A stretch of 56,494 bases of DNA from a virus (taxonomy: Duplodnaviria > Caudoviricetes): IMG/VR virus record IMGVR_UViG_3300005613_000078, positions 1-56,494 of that record, one strand, 5' to 3'. This document shows positions 45,213 through 55,019 of the stretch, piece after piece. The notes beneath the pieces are model-generated. The model ran no database searches, had not been told where the DNA came from, and saw only the letters and a program-made list of their open reading frames with translations. Position 1 is the stretch's first letter; every line of letters starts with the position of its first letter. Position numbers and translations under genes: made by a program.

Positions 45213-46067
45213 TGCGAGTTCTTAGGATCAGTTGATACACTGATTGCTCCTAGTAAATTAAAAGCACTTGTATATGAAAATCCTATTCAAAGAAATGCTG
45301 GACTAGATGTATATGAGGCAGTAAAAAGTGGGCATGATTATGTCTGCACCGTTGATGTAGCAAGAGGTGTTGGAGGAGATTACTCCGCCTTTACAGTTGT
45401 TGATATTACAGAGTTTCCACATAAACTTGTAGCAAAATATAGAGATAACACTATTAAACCGATGCTGTTTCCTAGCGTCATTTATGAAGTGTGTAAAAGT
45501 TATAATGAAGCATTTATACTATGTGAGGTAAATGATGTTGGAGATCAAGTTGCTAGTATCTTACAATATGATCTTGAATATCAAAATCTACTGATGTGCT
45601 CGATGCGCGGAAGAGCAGGACAGGTTGTTGGACAAGGATTTTCTGGTAGTAAGACACAGTTAGGTGTTAAAATGTCTAAGACCGTGAAGAAAGTTGGTTC
45701 ACTTAACTTAAAAACCATGATTGAGGAAAATAAATTTATTTTCTGTGATTATGAAGTTATTTCAGAACTGACTACCTTCGTATCTAAGCACAATTCATTT
45801 GAAGCAGAAGAGGGTTGTAATGATGACCTGGCAATGTGTCTTGTGATTTATGCTTGGTTGGTAGCACAAGATTACTTTAAGGAGTTGACCGATCAAGATG
45901 TTAGAAAGCGACTATACGAAGAACAGAAAAATCAAATTGAACAAGACATGGCACCCTTCGGTTTTATTGTCGATGGACTCGATGATAATTCTTTTGTGGA
46001 TGATGAAGGAGACAGATGGCATACCGACGAGTATGGAGACATGTCTTATATGTGGGACTTTCAATAA
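44904..46067 (+). CDS. gp17: split intein IntC fused to the terminase large subunit C-terminal nuclease part
   Basis: Begins with IntC ending VSHN|CEFLGS, then VDVARG, DYSAF, EVND and NDDLAM RNase-H-like nuclease motifs. Confidence 0.96.
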   Translation: MYKLNSSIKVKTPRGFKKFAGIQKVRKSVYQWIIFGDDSEIKCSLDHSFGEEQVKAHTIKTGDLLQHKEVVYSEIVEEPIDLYDLLEVEDGNLYNTNGVVSHNCEFLGSVDTLIAPSKLKALVYENPIQRNAGLDVYEAVKSGHDYVCTVDVARGVGGDYSAFTVVDITEFPHKLVAKYRDNTIKPMLFPSVIYEVCKSYNEAFILCEVNDVGDQVASILQYDLEYQNLLMCSMRGRAGQVVGQGFSGSKTQLGVKMSKTVKKVGSLNLKTMIEENKFIFCDYEVISELTTFVSKHNSFEAEEGCNDDLAMCLVIYAWLVAQDYFKELTDQDVRKRLYEEQKNQIEQDMAPFGFIVDGLDDNSFVDDEGDRWHTDEYGDMSYMWDFQ

Positions 46068-46261
46068 TGGATCTAGACGATCAGTTTAATCTGAATCATC
46101 TGTTTTTTAATACTAGAAGGTGTAGATCTTGTGGCAAAACAAAAAACTTGATCGAAGGATTTTATAGAACCAGAAAGGATAAAGGTCAAGTTCCTTCTTC
46201 ATATTCATATGAATGTAAGCGATGTACAATAGATAGAATTAAAAAAGGACGTGAAACTTAG
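46067..46261 (+). CDS. small zinc-finger protein (CxxC...CxxC)
   Basis: 64 aa from ATG 46067 (TAATG coupling); CRSC...FY...CKRC. Confidence 0.75.
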   Translation: MDLDDQFNLNHLFFNTRRCRSCGKTKNLIEGFYRTRKDKGQVPSSYSYECKRCTIDRIKKGRET

Positions 46262-46283
46262 TGTTCACGTCCTGTTCACGTCC
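46247..46283. repeat. 11-bp tandem repeat plus an upstream inverted copy
   Basis: TGTTCACGTCC x2 (46262-46283) and GGACGTGAA (46247-46255). Confidence 0.85.
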
Positions 46284-46301
46284 TTGTAATAGTCAGAAAT
46301 C

Positions 46302-46308
46302 CTAAATA
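46302..46308 (+). promoter_or_regulatory. T4-type late promoter
   Basis: CTAAATA upstream of gp18. Confidence 0.6.
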
Positions 46309-46342
46309 TTTTTAGTTAATTTGAGACATTTAGGAGAGTAAA

Positions 46343-48526
46343 ATGGCAACTCCTCAATTATCTCCAGGCGTATTAGTCAGAGAGGTTGACCTTACAGTAG
46401 GAAGAGTCGATAATGTCCTCGACAATATCGGTGCTATTGCTGGTCCCTTCAAATTGGGTCCTGTTGATGAACCAACAACAATCACGACTCAATCGGAGTT
46501 GTTAAATGTTTTTGGATCTCCCATCGGCACGGATAGACAATACGAGTACTGGATGACCGCATCCGAATACCTTCAATACGGTGGCATTCTGAGCGTAGTT
46601 AGAACAGACGGCACTAATCTTAATCAGGCAAATGCTGGTGTTGGTATCGCATCAACAACTTCCCTGAAAATCAAGAATTACGACGATTATCAAGAGAACT
46701 ACAGCACTGCCAACAACTACATCTACGCAGGCAAGTATCCTGGTGAATGGGGCAACAACCTTAAGGTTTGCGTGATCGATAACGCAGCAGATCAAATTAT
46801 TGGGGTTAGCACAACAAGTCTTGCTGGAATTGGTGCCACCATCGGATATGGTGTTACCTCAACACTTTCTAGTGCTGCTATTCCTGGAGCAGGCACAACA
46901 ACAACATTTAATGGAATGTTGAAAGGTATTATCACTGGATTGTCTACTGATACTACCAACGGAAATAGCACCATTAATGTTAAGATCGTATCTAGAGTCA
47001 ATACTGCTGGAACTGAGTTTCCAATTGATTATCAAGAAAATAATCCAGCACAATCTTTTGAAGCATCGGATACACTTTCCTTTGTTAATAATTCAGGAAG
47101 TAATGAGACTACAGCAAGTGCTGTTTCAGTTGAAGATTGGTATGATAATCAGAGACTTCAGTTAGATAACAGCACAATTTTCTGGAAGACTATTGCCCCA
47201 AAACCTGTTGATTCAAATTATGTCTCTTCAAGAGGTGGTGGTGGTGATTCTATCCACTTTGCAATTGTTGATGACACTGGAGAAGTAACTGGAATTCAAG
47301 GAAACTTACTTGAAACCTGGTCATTCCTTTCAAAGGCACTTGATGCTGAAGCAGATTCCGACTCACCCACTAAGACATATTATAAGAACTATCTGGCACT
47401 CAATTCTCAGTGGATCTATGCGGGTTACAATCCTTCACAAAAGTATGACACATTCCACGCAACCCTTCCAGCAGCGACTGGATTCTCCACTGACTTCACA
47501 CCTGTAACTAGAGGTGATGGCCTGTGGGCACAGAATGCAAGAAATACTCAGTTCAGTGCGCTTGGCAATGTAGGTTACACCCTACTTGGTGGTGTTGATT
47601 ATCAGTCTGGTGGAGGATATGCATCAACACTCGGTGATCTTACAACTTCATACAACTTGTTTAACAATAAGGATGAAATTGAAGTTGACTACCTAATGAT
47701 GGGTCCTGGACTTAGTTCTGAACTGGAGTCACAAGCAAAAGCAAACTTGCTGATCAGCATTGCTGAGCAAAGAAAGGATTGCATTGCTACTATTTCACCA
47801 CACAGAGCAAATGTTGTCAACGTGACTAATACCACTACACAGACAAACAATCTTCTGAAGTATTACGCACCGCTGACATCTTCATCATACGCTGTATTTG
47901 ATAGTGGATACAAATACATGTATGATAGAATCAACAATGAGTTTAGATATGTTCCTCTGAACGGTGACATTGCTGGTCTGATGGTCAGAACTAGCATTGA
48001 ATCATTCCCATGGTTCTCGCCTGCTGGTCAGCAAAGAGGCAATATCAACAATGGTGTAAAACTTGCCTACAACCCAACTAAAGCACAAAGAGATGTGCTT
48101 TACGGAGCAAGAATAAACCCCGTCATCAATCAAAATGGTCAGGGTATTATCTTGTTCGGTGATAAGACTGCACTATCTTATGCATCTGCATTCGACAGAA
48201 TTAATGTTCGTCGCCTGTTCTTAACAGTCGAGCAAGCACTTGAGGGAGCAGCAAACGATCAACTATTTGAAATCAACGACGAAGAGACTAGAGAAAACTT
48301 CGTCAATATCGTCATTCCTTACCTGAGAGATATTCAGGCACAACGAGGAATTGATGAATTCACAGTGATTTGTGATGAATCTAATAATACTCCTGATGTG
48401 GTTGACAATAACGAGTTCCGTGCAGACATTTTCATCTCACCTGCAAGATCAATCAACTACGTCACATTGACGTTTGTTGCTACTAGATCTGGCGTATCGT
48501 TTGAAGAAGTTGTAGGTTCTGTTTGA
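46343..48526 (+). CDS. gp18: tail sheath protein gp18
   Basis: LSPGVLVREVDLT, PWFSPAG, FDRINVRRLF and VICDESNNTP. Confidence 0.97.
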   Translation: MATPQLSPGVLVREVDLTVGRVDNVLDNIGAIAGPFKLGPVDEPTTITTQSELLNVFGSPIGTDRQYEYWMTASEYLQYGGILSVVRTDGTNLNQANAGVGIASTTSLKIKNYDDYQENYSTANNYIYAGKYPGEWGNNLKVCVIDNAADQIIGVSTTSLAGIGATIGYGVTSTLSSAAIPGAGTTTTFNGMLKGIITGLSTDTTNGNSTINVKIVSRVNTAGTEFPIDYQENNPAQSFEASDTLSFVNNSGSNETTASAVSVEDWYDNQRLQLDNSTIFWKTIAPKPVDSNYVSSRGGGGDSIHFAIVDDTGEVTGIQGNLLETWSFLSKALDAEADSDSPTKTYYKNYLALNSQWIYAGYNPSQKYDTFHATLPAATGFSTDFTPVTRGDGLWAQNARNTQFSALGNVGYTLLGGVDYQSGGGYASTLGDLTTSYNLFNNKDEIEVDYLMMGPGLSSELESQAKANLLISIAEQRKDCIATISPHRANVVNVTNTTTQTNNLLKYYAPLTSSSYAVFDSGYKYMYDRINNEFRYVPLNGDIAGLMVRTSIESFPWFSPAGQQRGNINNGVKLAYNPTKAQRDVLYGARINPVINQNGQGIILFGDKTALSYASAFDRINVRRLFLTVEQALEGAANDQLFEINDEETRENFVNIVIPYLRDIQAQRGIDEFTVICDESNNTPDVVDNNEFRADIFISPARSINYVTLTFVATRSGVSFEEVVGSV

Positions 48527-48556
48527 TTTAAGTTAAACATCTAAAAGGAAAAAACC

Positions 48557-49195
48557 ATGGCAGTAACAAAAACGTTAACACAGTTTAAAAATAGACTAGC
48601 GGGCGGTGGTGCCCGCCCCAATCTATTTGAAGTATCCATTCCCTCTTTTCCTTCTGCTCTTGGTAGAAGAGTTTGGAGAACTGGTGGCAGAAGAGAAGCC
48701 AACAACTTCAAATTTTTAGCAAAAGCAGCACAGTTGCCTGCTTCCACAATTGCAGAAGTTCCCGTTCCCTTCAGAGGTAGAATCTTGAAGGTTGCTGGTG
48801 ATAGAACTTTTGATGTCTGGACAGTTACCGTTATTAACGATGAAGACTTCCAGTTGAGAACTGCATTTGAACAGTGGATGAACGTCATGAGCAAACTGAA
48901 CGACGCCACTGGTGTTACCAATCCTTCATCCTATATGACTGACGCTTATGTGCAGCAATTAGGTAGGGGTAGACGTGCTGAAGCAACAAGAAATAGAACT
49001 GGTGGCAGATCATCAGAACTGAGGAACTACAAGTTCTTTGATATCTTCCCAACTGAAGTATCAGCAATTGAACTGTCTTACGATAGCACAGATACTATTG
49101 AAGAATTTACTGTAACCTTCCAGGTTCAGTTCTTCACTATTGGTAATGCCCTGAATAGAAACAGAGGCGCTAGAGGTCAGGTCCTAATTCAGTGA
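48557..49195 (+). CDS. gp19: tail tube protein gp19
   Basis: GGGARPNLFEV, FRGRILKVAGDRTF, WTVTVINDEDF and IEEFTVTF. Confidence 0.96.
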   Translation: MAVTKTLTQFKNRLAGGGARPNLFEVSIPSFPSALGRRVWRTGGRREANNFKFLAKAAQLPASTIAEVPVPFRGRILKVAGDRTFDVWTVTVINDEDFQLRTAFEQWMNVMSKLNDATGVTNPSSYMTDAYVQQLGRGRRAEATRNRTGGRSSELRNYKFFDIFPTEVSAIELSYDSTDTIEEFTVTFQVQFFTIGNALNRNRGARGQVLIQ

Positions 49196-49201
49196 TAAAT
49201 A
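49195..49201 (+). promoter_or_regulatory. T4-type late promoter
   Basis: ATAAATA upstream of gp20. Confidence 0.7.
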
Positions 49202-49230
49202 ACTAGACAAAAGTCTAGTACTCAATAATA

Positions 49231-50889
49231 ATGGCGAGATTATTTGGATTCTCAATTGAAGATAGCGATAAGACCCCGCCAGGCGTAGTATCTCCGGTCC
49301 CACCTTCTAACCAGGATGGTTCCGAGCACTACGTCTCGACGGGGTTTTATGGTTCTTATGTAGATATTGAAGGTAGATATAAGAACGAAAACGATCTGAT
49401 TAGACGTTATCGAACGATGGCGCTTTACCCAGAATGCGATAGTGCGATTGAAGATGTTGTAAATGAAGCAATTGTTTCAGATACAAATGATAGTCCGGTA
49501 ACTATTGAACTGTCAAACTTAAAAGCAAGTGACGGTATCAAAAAGAAAGTAAGAGAGGAGTTTAGATATATTCTTGAACTGCTTGACTTTGACAAGAAAG
49601 CACACGAAATCTTCCGTAACTGGTATATTGATGGAAGACTATATTATAACAAAGTCATTGATCAAAAGAATCCACAAAACGGTATTCAAGAACTGAGATA
49701 TATTGACGCTGCTAAGATGCGTTACATTCGTCAAATAAAAAAGCAAGGAAAAGATAGCCTCCAATCTGTAAAAGCAAACTTTAGTAGGGATAATCCAGAG
49801 ACATATGATTTCCCTGAAATTGAAGAATATTTCATGTATACTCCTGGAAGTTCTGGTTCTACTGGTGGATATAGTCCACAGAATCAAGGAACTAAAGGTG
49901 TAAGAATGACCCGTGACTCTGTCACCTATTGCACCTCTGGTCTGGTAGATAGAAACAAAGGAACCTCATTGTCTTGGATGCACAAGGCAATCAAACCACT
50001 TAATCAGTTAATGATGATTGAGGATTCACTTGTTATCTATCGTCTTTCTAGAGCACCAGAAAGAAGGATTTTTTATATTGATGTTGGCAATCTTCCCAAG
50101 GTAAAGGCAGAACAATATCTGCGCGATGTAATGATGCGTTATAGAAATAAACTTGTCTATGATGCTAATACTGGTGAAATTCGTGACGACAAGAAGTTTA
50201 TGTCCATGATGGAAGACTTCTGGTTGCCTAGAAGAGAAGGTGGTCGTGGAACAGAAATCACCACACTTCCTGGTGGTCAAAATCTTGGTGAAATCACTGA
50301 CATTAATTACTTTCAAAAGAAACTTTATAGAGCACTTAATGTTCCTGAAACAAGAATTCAAGGCGATGGTGGATTTTCCTTAGGTCGTTCTTCAGAAATT
50401 CTTAGAGATGAAATTAAATTCTCCAAGTTTGTTGGAAGACTTAGAAAAAGATTTTCAGCAATGTTCAATGATATTCTGAGAACTCAATTACTTCTTAAGA
50501 ATATCATTACTCCTGAAGATTGGGAAATTATGGGAGATCATATTCAATATGATTTCTTGTATGATAATCACTTTGCCGAATTAAAAGAAACTGAACTTGC
50601 CACTGAAAGAATTAACCTTGCTCAACTATATGAACCATATATTGGTAAGTACTATTCTAATGATTATGTCAGAAGACAAGTTCTTCGTCAATCTGATGAA
50701 GAAATTATAGAGCAGGATGCTTTGATTGAAAAAGAGATTGATTCAGGAATGATTCCAGACCCCACGGAACCCGAATTACCTCCAGGTTCAGAATTGGATG
50801 CTCCAGGAGCACCAACTGACCCAATTCAAGCACCTACAGTTCCTAAAGAACCTGAAGCGCCACTAACACCCAAAGGTGGAGAAATCTAA
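49231..50889 (+). CDS. gp20: portal protein gp20
   Basis: IYRLSRAPERRIFYIDVGNLPK and EDFWLPRREGGRGTEITTLPGG. Confidence 0.98.
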   Translation: MARLFGFSIEDSDKTPPGVVSPVPPSNQDGSEHYVSTGFYGSYVDIEGRYKNENDLIRRYRTMALYPECDSAIEDVVNEAIVSDTNDSPVTIELSNLKASDGIKKKVREEFRYILELLDFDKKAHEIFRNWYIDGRLYYNKVIDQKNPQNGIQELRYIDAAKMRYIRQIKKQGKDSLQSVKANFSRDNPETYDFPEIEEYFMYTPGSSGSTGGYSPQNQGTKGVRMTRDSVTYCTSGLVDRNKGTSLSWMHKAIKPLNQLMMIEDSLVIYRLSRAPERRIFYIDVGNLPKVKAEQYLRDVMMRYRNKLVYDANTGEIRDDKKFMSMMEDFWLPRREGGRGTEITTLPGGQNLGEITDINYFQKKLYRALNVPETRIQGDGGFSLGRSSEILRDEIKFSKFVGRLRKRFSAMFNDILRTQLLLKNIITPEDWEIMGDHIQYDFLYDNHFAELKETELATERINLAQLYEPYIGKYYSNDYVRRQVLRQSDEEIIEQDALIEKEIDSGMIPDPTEPELPPGSELDAPGAPTDPIQAPTVPKEPEAPLTPKGGEI

Positions 50890-50914
50890 ATAAAAGAAAT
50901 TTGCATCATACAAA

Positions 50915-51103
50915 ATGGAAGAATTAATGGATTTGTTAGTTGCTGATGAGTCACCTGCTCAAATCAGTGATAAGATTAAAGACATTCTTTTTGCTAAGTC
51001 AGCAGAAAATATCACTGCGATTAGACCTCAGGTCGCAGCTTCAATTTTTGATAATTCAGAAGAGTCTGAAGAAGAGGAAGATGAAGTAGAAACAGAAGAA
51101 TAA
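50915..51103 (+). CDS. small acidic protein (position of T4 gp67 prohead core)
   Basis: 62 aa with a Glu-rich tail; CTAAATA at 50886-50892. Confidence 0.75.
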   Translation: MEELMDLLVADESPAQISDKIKDILFAKSAENITAIRPQVAASIFDNSEESEEEEDEVETEE

Positions 51104-51137
51104 TAAATATTGTATATAACTCTTGTAATTTAAGATA

Positions 51138-51683
51138 ATGGCCATTAAACCGGTAGGCATAAATTCAACACTAAGTACCAGTACATCATCTGCTCGTACA
51201 TCTGCTATTAGTCAACAGACTGAGAATGTGAGAGTTGTTGCTGAATCTGTTGGGTGTTATGTTGCCATTGGAACTGAACCAACAGCAACTAATGAAAACA
51301 TCTATGTCTCTACTTCAGATTCTGTAGAAGTCGCTATTGGTTTCCCCGCTTCTCAAAGAGTTGTTGGTATTACTACCGGTGCTACCACGATAATTGATTT
51401 CCCTGAGGGAACAGGTTGTCCATTTGATGTAGGTGAAGCAGTCACACTAACTGCTGGTCAATCCAACTTTAATTTTTCACATAAGATTATTGCTTCGATC
51501 AATAACAGTGCAAATGTAGGTGGTTATTTTAGTACAAGAATGGTTGTCAATCACGACTCTTCCTCTGTTACTGATACATTTGATCCTAACAACTATACTG
51601 AAATTAGAAAGTCAATCAAAGTTGCTGTTCTGGCAGAATCTGGAACTGGCAAAGCATACATCCAACAAGTACAGGTATCCTGA
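51138..51683 (+). CDS. hypothetical virion-associated protein
   Basis: 181 aa; ATAAATA at 51103-51109; between portal and protease. Confidence 0.8.
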   Translation: MAIKPVGINSTLSTSTSSARTSAISQQTENVRVVAESVGCYVAIGTEPTATNENIYVSTSDSVEVAIGFPASQRVVGITTGATTIIDFPEGTGCPFDVGEAVTLTAGQSNFNFSHKIIASINNSANVGGYFSTRMVVNHDSSSVTDTFDPNNYTEIRKSIKVAVLAESGTGKAYIQQVQVS

Positions 51684-51688
51684 AGAAA

Positions 51689-52339
51689 ATGAAACTCATC
51701 AGAGAAGAAATCGAAACCGTTGATTTTATCGTTGAAGAACGCAACGGTAAGAAAAATCTCTATATTGAGGGTGTTTTCCTTCAAGGAGATTTGAAAAATA
51801 GAAACGGTAGAATGTACCCAATGGAAACCCTAAGAAGGGAAGTACAAAGATACAATGAAAACCATGTCCAGTCAGGACGAGCACTTGGCGAACTTGGACA
51901 TCCAGATGGACCGACTGTTAATCTGGATCGTGTCAGCCATAAGATTGTTTCCCTTAAAGAAAATGGAACCAATTTTATTGGTAAAGCAAAAATTTTAGCT
52001 ACTCCAATGGGTAAGATTGCAGAATCCCTTATTAGCGAAGGAGTAAAACTTGGTGTTTCTTCTAGGGGTATCGGATCCCTCAAGACAACGAGAGAGGGAG
52101 TAAATGTTGTTGGTGATGACTTCATGCTTTCAACTGCTGCAGATATTGTAGCAGATCCTTCCGCACCTGATGCTTTCGTTGAAGGTATCATGGAAGGAAA
52201 AGATTGGGTTTGGGATGGTGGCATCTTAAGAGAGGCACAAGTTGCTAAGACTTATAAGACCATCAATACTCTTGTTTCACAGAAACAACTTGATGAGCAG
52301 AAAATTAATTTGTTCAATGATTTTCTGAACAATCTTTGA
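51689..52339 (+). CDS. gp21: prohead protease gp21
   Basis: NRNGRMYP, ALGELGHP, GVSSRGIGS and DIVADPSAPDAFV. Confidence 0.97.
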   Translation: MKLIREEIETVDFIVEERNGKKNLYIEGVFLQGDLKNRNGRMYPMETLRREVQRYNENHVQSGRALGELGHPDGPTVNLDRVSHKIVSLKENGTNFIGKAKILATPMGKIAESLISEGVKLGVSSRGIGSLKTTREGVNVVGDDFMLSTAADIVADPSAPDAFVEGIMEGKDWVWDGGILREAQVAKTYKTINTLVSQKQLDEQKINLFNDFLNNL

Positions 52340-52361
52340 TAAGTATCAGAAATATCAGATT

Positions 52362-52369
52362 TATAAATA
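52362..52369 (+). promoter_or_regulatory. T4-type late promoter
   Basis: TATAAATA upstream of gp22. Confidence 0.85.
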
Positions 52370-52409
52370 AATATAGATTAATTAAGGTTAATTTTCGGAG
52401 TTACAAGAA

Positions 52410-53483
52410 ATGGAGCAATCTAAAACTGCTGTGAATGCCAATGCTAAACCAGCTGAGGCACCCTCTAAGTCCGCGACACCAGTTATGACACCTGGTCAAG
52501 GTTCTTATGAGGATCTGGGAGGTCCTACCCCAGAAAATTACAGCCCCACCAACGATTCAGCTAAGCTGAAAGAACCCAAGATTAAGACCGTGCATGACGT
52601 GGTCAATAAGGGTGCTAAAGCAGCAGAACCCATGTATTCTTCTAAGAAGAAGACTTATGGAGAGGAAGCAGAGGTCGAAGAGGAAGTCCTTGAAGAGGAG
52701 GAACTTGAGACTGAAGAATTAGTTGCTGAAGAGGAAGAAATTGAAGAAGATGATGTTGACATCGAAGAAGATGTTAATGCACTCCTTGGTGGTGAAGAAC
52801 TTTCCGAAGAATTCAAAGAGAAAGCAAAAGTAATCTTTGAAGCAGCCCTTAATTCTAAAATCAAAGAAATCCAAGAATCCCTCGAACTTCAGTATGCTGA
52901 AAGGCTTGCTGAAGAAAAAGAAGGTCTTAAGGATGCACTGACTGAAAGAGTCGATGCATATCTTGAGTACGTCTGCGAAGAGTGGATGATCGAGAACCAA
53001 CTTGCTGTTGAAGCAGGTCTTAAGACCGAAATGACTGAATCATTCCTTTCTGGAATGAAGGGTCTTTTTGAAGAACATTATGTAACTATCCCTGAAGAAA
53101 AATATGATGTGCTTGAAAGCATGGTAGAAAAACTTGATGAAATGGAGACCAAGCTCAATGAGCAAATCGACAAGAATATCAATCTGAATAAGCGACTTGC
53201 TGAGTCAACTGCTTATTCTATTCTTGACGAAATCTCTGAAGGTCTTGCACAGACCCAGAAAGAGAAGCTCGCTTCACTTGCCGAAAGTGTTGAGTTTGAA
53301 AGTGAAGAAGAATATCGTGAAAAGCTGGAGACTCTGAAGGAGTCATACTTCGCAAGAACAACTCCCGCGACTAAGGCAGCAGCGCCTCAAACCCTTTCTG
53401 AGGGTGTAGATACTACCGATGCACCTGTTACGGCAGGAATGGAGTCCTACATGAGAGCACTTGGTGCTTTTAGAAACTCTTGA
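52410..53483 (+). CDS. gp22: prohead core scaffold gp22
   Basis: Acidic coiled coil; LSEEFKEKAKVIFEAA and VDAYLEYVCEEW; between gp21 and gp23. Confidence 0.93.
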   Translation: MEQSKTAVNANAKPAEAPSKSATPVMTPGQGSYEDLGGPTPENYSPTNDSAKLKEPKIKTVHDVVNKGAKAAEPMYSSKKKTYGEEAEVEEEVLEEEELETEELVAEEEEIEEDDVDIEEDVNALLGGEELSEEFKEKAKVIFEAALNSKIKEIQESLELQYAERLAEEKEGLKDALTERVDAYLEYVCEEWMIENQLAVEAGLKTEMTESFLSGMKGLFEEHYVTIPEEKYDVLESMVEKLDEMETKLNEQIDKNINLNKRLAESTAYSILDEISEGLAQTQKEKLASLAESVEFESEEEYREKLETLKESYFARTTPATKAAAPQTLSEGVDTTDAPVTAGMESYMRALGAFRNS

Positions 53484-53527
53484 ATTTTATAGAATTCAAA
53501 CAAACAACTATTTTAAGGTAAAAGCAA

Positions 53528-54952
53528 ATGTTCCAATCCGAGCATCTGCAGGAAAAGTGGAGTCCTCTTCTCGACTATGAGGGTCTTGATTCAATCAAAG
53601 ATTCACACAGAAGAGCAGTCACCGCAGTCCTGCTGGAAAATCAAGAAAAATTCCTGAGAGAGGAATCAGCATTTAATTCAGGTATCAACCTGATGGAAAC
53701 CCCAACCAACAGTGGTAACGCTGCTGGTGCTTCAGGTGGTTTCAGCGGTAGTGCAGGCGCAGCTGGTCCTGTTGCTGGTTTCGACCCCGTTCTGATCTCC
53801 CTGATCAGACGCTCCATGCCTAACCTGGTCGCATATGACCTGGCAGGAGTTCAGCCAATGAACGGTCCTACTGGACTGATCTTTGCAATGCGTTCCCGCT
53901 ACACCAACCAGTCTGGCACTGAAGCATTCTACGATGAACCCGATTCCGCATTCTCTGGGCAGGATGATGGTTTCGATCTGACTGCTGGATTCAGCGACGT
54001 TAACGCTGGTCTGGGTACAACCGCACAGTCTGGCACGAACCCCTCAGTTCTGAACCCTGTTGGCACCGCAACATCCACTTCCTATGACGTTGGTCAAGGA
54101 ATGGTAACTGGTGATTCTGAGAACCTGGGCAATGGTTCAGACAATCAGTTCAACCAGATGGCATTCTCGATTGAGAAAGTCACCGTAACTGCTAAGTCAA
54201 GAGCACTGAAAGCAGAATACTCCCTGGAACTGGCACAGGACCTGAAGGCAATTCATGGTCTGAATGCTGAAGCAGAACTGGCTAACATCCTTAGCACAGA
54301 GATCTTGGCAGAGATCAACCGCGAGGTTATCCGCACCATTTATAAGGTTGCTGAGCAAGGTGCTGTTTCCAACACTGCTACTGCTGGTGTATTTGACCTT
54401 GACGTTGACTCCAACGGTCGTTGGTCTGTTGAGAAGTTCAAGGGTCTCCTGTTCCAAATCGAGCGTGATGCTAACGCAATCGCACAAAGAACTCGTAGAG
54501 GAAAGGGCAACATCATCCTGTGTTCCGCAGACGTTGCTTCTGCTCTCACAATGGCTGGTGTTCTTGACTACACCCCTGCACTCAACGCTAACCTGAACGT
54601 TGATGATACTGGTAACACCTTCGCCGGTGTTCTGCAAGGTAAGTATCGTGTTTATATCGATCCTTATTCTGCTAACCTGACTGCAGGTAATGCAACTCCA
54701 GGCAACCAGTACTACGTTGTTGGTTATAAGGGTTCTTCCCCTTATGATGCAGGTATCTTCTACTGCCCTTATGTTCCTCTCCAAATGGTTCGTGCCGTTG
54801 GTGAGAACTCCTTCCAGCCCAAGATTGGCTTCAAGACTCGTTATGGACTTGTTGCTAACCCATTCGCTGAAGGAATAAATCAGGGACTTGGCGCTCTTAC
54901 AATTAACGCTAACCGTTATTACAGAAGAGTTGCTGTTAAGAACCTCATGTGA
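53528..54952 (+). CDS. gp23: major capsid protein gp23
   Basis: GVQPMNGPTGLIFAMR, AKSRALKAEYSLELAQDLKAIHG and FQPKIGFKTRYG. Confidence 0.99.
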   Translation: MFQSEHLQEKWSPLLDYEGLDSIKDSHRRAVTAVLLENQEKFLREESAFNSGINLMETPTNSGNAAGASGGFSGSAGAAGPVAGFDPVLISLIRRSMPNLVAYDLAGVQPMNGPTGLIFAMRSRYTNQSGTEAFYDEPDSAFSGQDDGFDLTAGFSDVNAGLGTTAQSGTNPSVLNPVGTATSTSYDVGQGMVTGDSENLGNGSDNQFNQMAFSIEKVTVTAKSRALKAEYSLELAQDLKAIHGLNAEAELANILSTEILAEINREVIRTIYKVAEQGAVSNTATAGVFDLDVDSNGRWSVEKFKGLLFQIERDANAIAQRTRRGKGNIILCSADVASALTMAGVLDYTPALNANLNVDDTGNTFAGVLQGKYRVYIDPYSANLTAGNATPGNQYYVVGYKGSSPYDAGIFYCPYVPLQMVRAVGENSFQPKIGFKTRYGLVANPFAEGINQGLGALTINANRYYRRVAVKNLM

Positions 54953-54973
54953 TTTAAATTCACATATTTTTTC

Positions 54974-55000
54974 AGGGGAGCAGATATGCTCCCCTTTTTT
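54974..55000 (+). terminator. rho-independent terminator after g23
   Basis: AGGGGAGCA-GATA-TGCTCCCCT followed by a T-run. Confidence 0.92.
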
Positions 55001-55003
55001 ATT

Positions 55004-55010
55004 CTAAATA
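55004..55010 (+). promoter_or_regulatory. T4-type late promoter
   Basis: CTAAATA directly after the terminator, before gp3. Confidence 0.6.
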
Positions 55011-55019
55011 ATTAGAAAA

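Noticed and set aside
46016-46261. Second homing endonuclease after terL
   Set aside because: Only a short CxxC...CxxC segment is present, with no visible HNH or EndoVII catalytic region.
10349-54878. Many minus-strand and alternate-frame ORFs in the track (e.g. 22692-23129, 37208-37714, 51781-52224, 54197-54784)
   Set aside because: They lie within or largely overlap well-supported + strand genes and show no recognisable motifs; they are shadow ORFs from codon bias.
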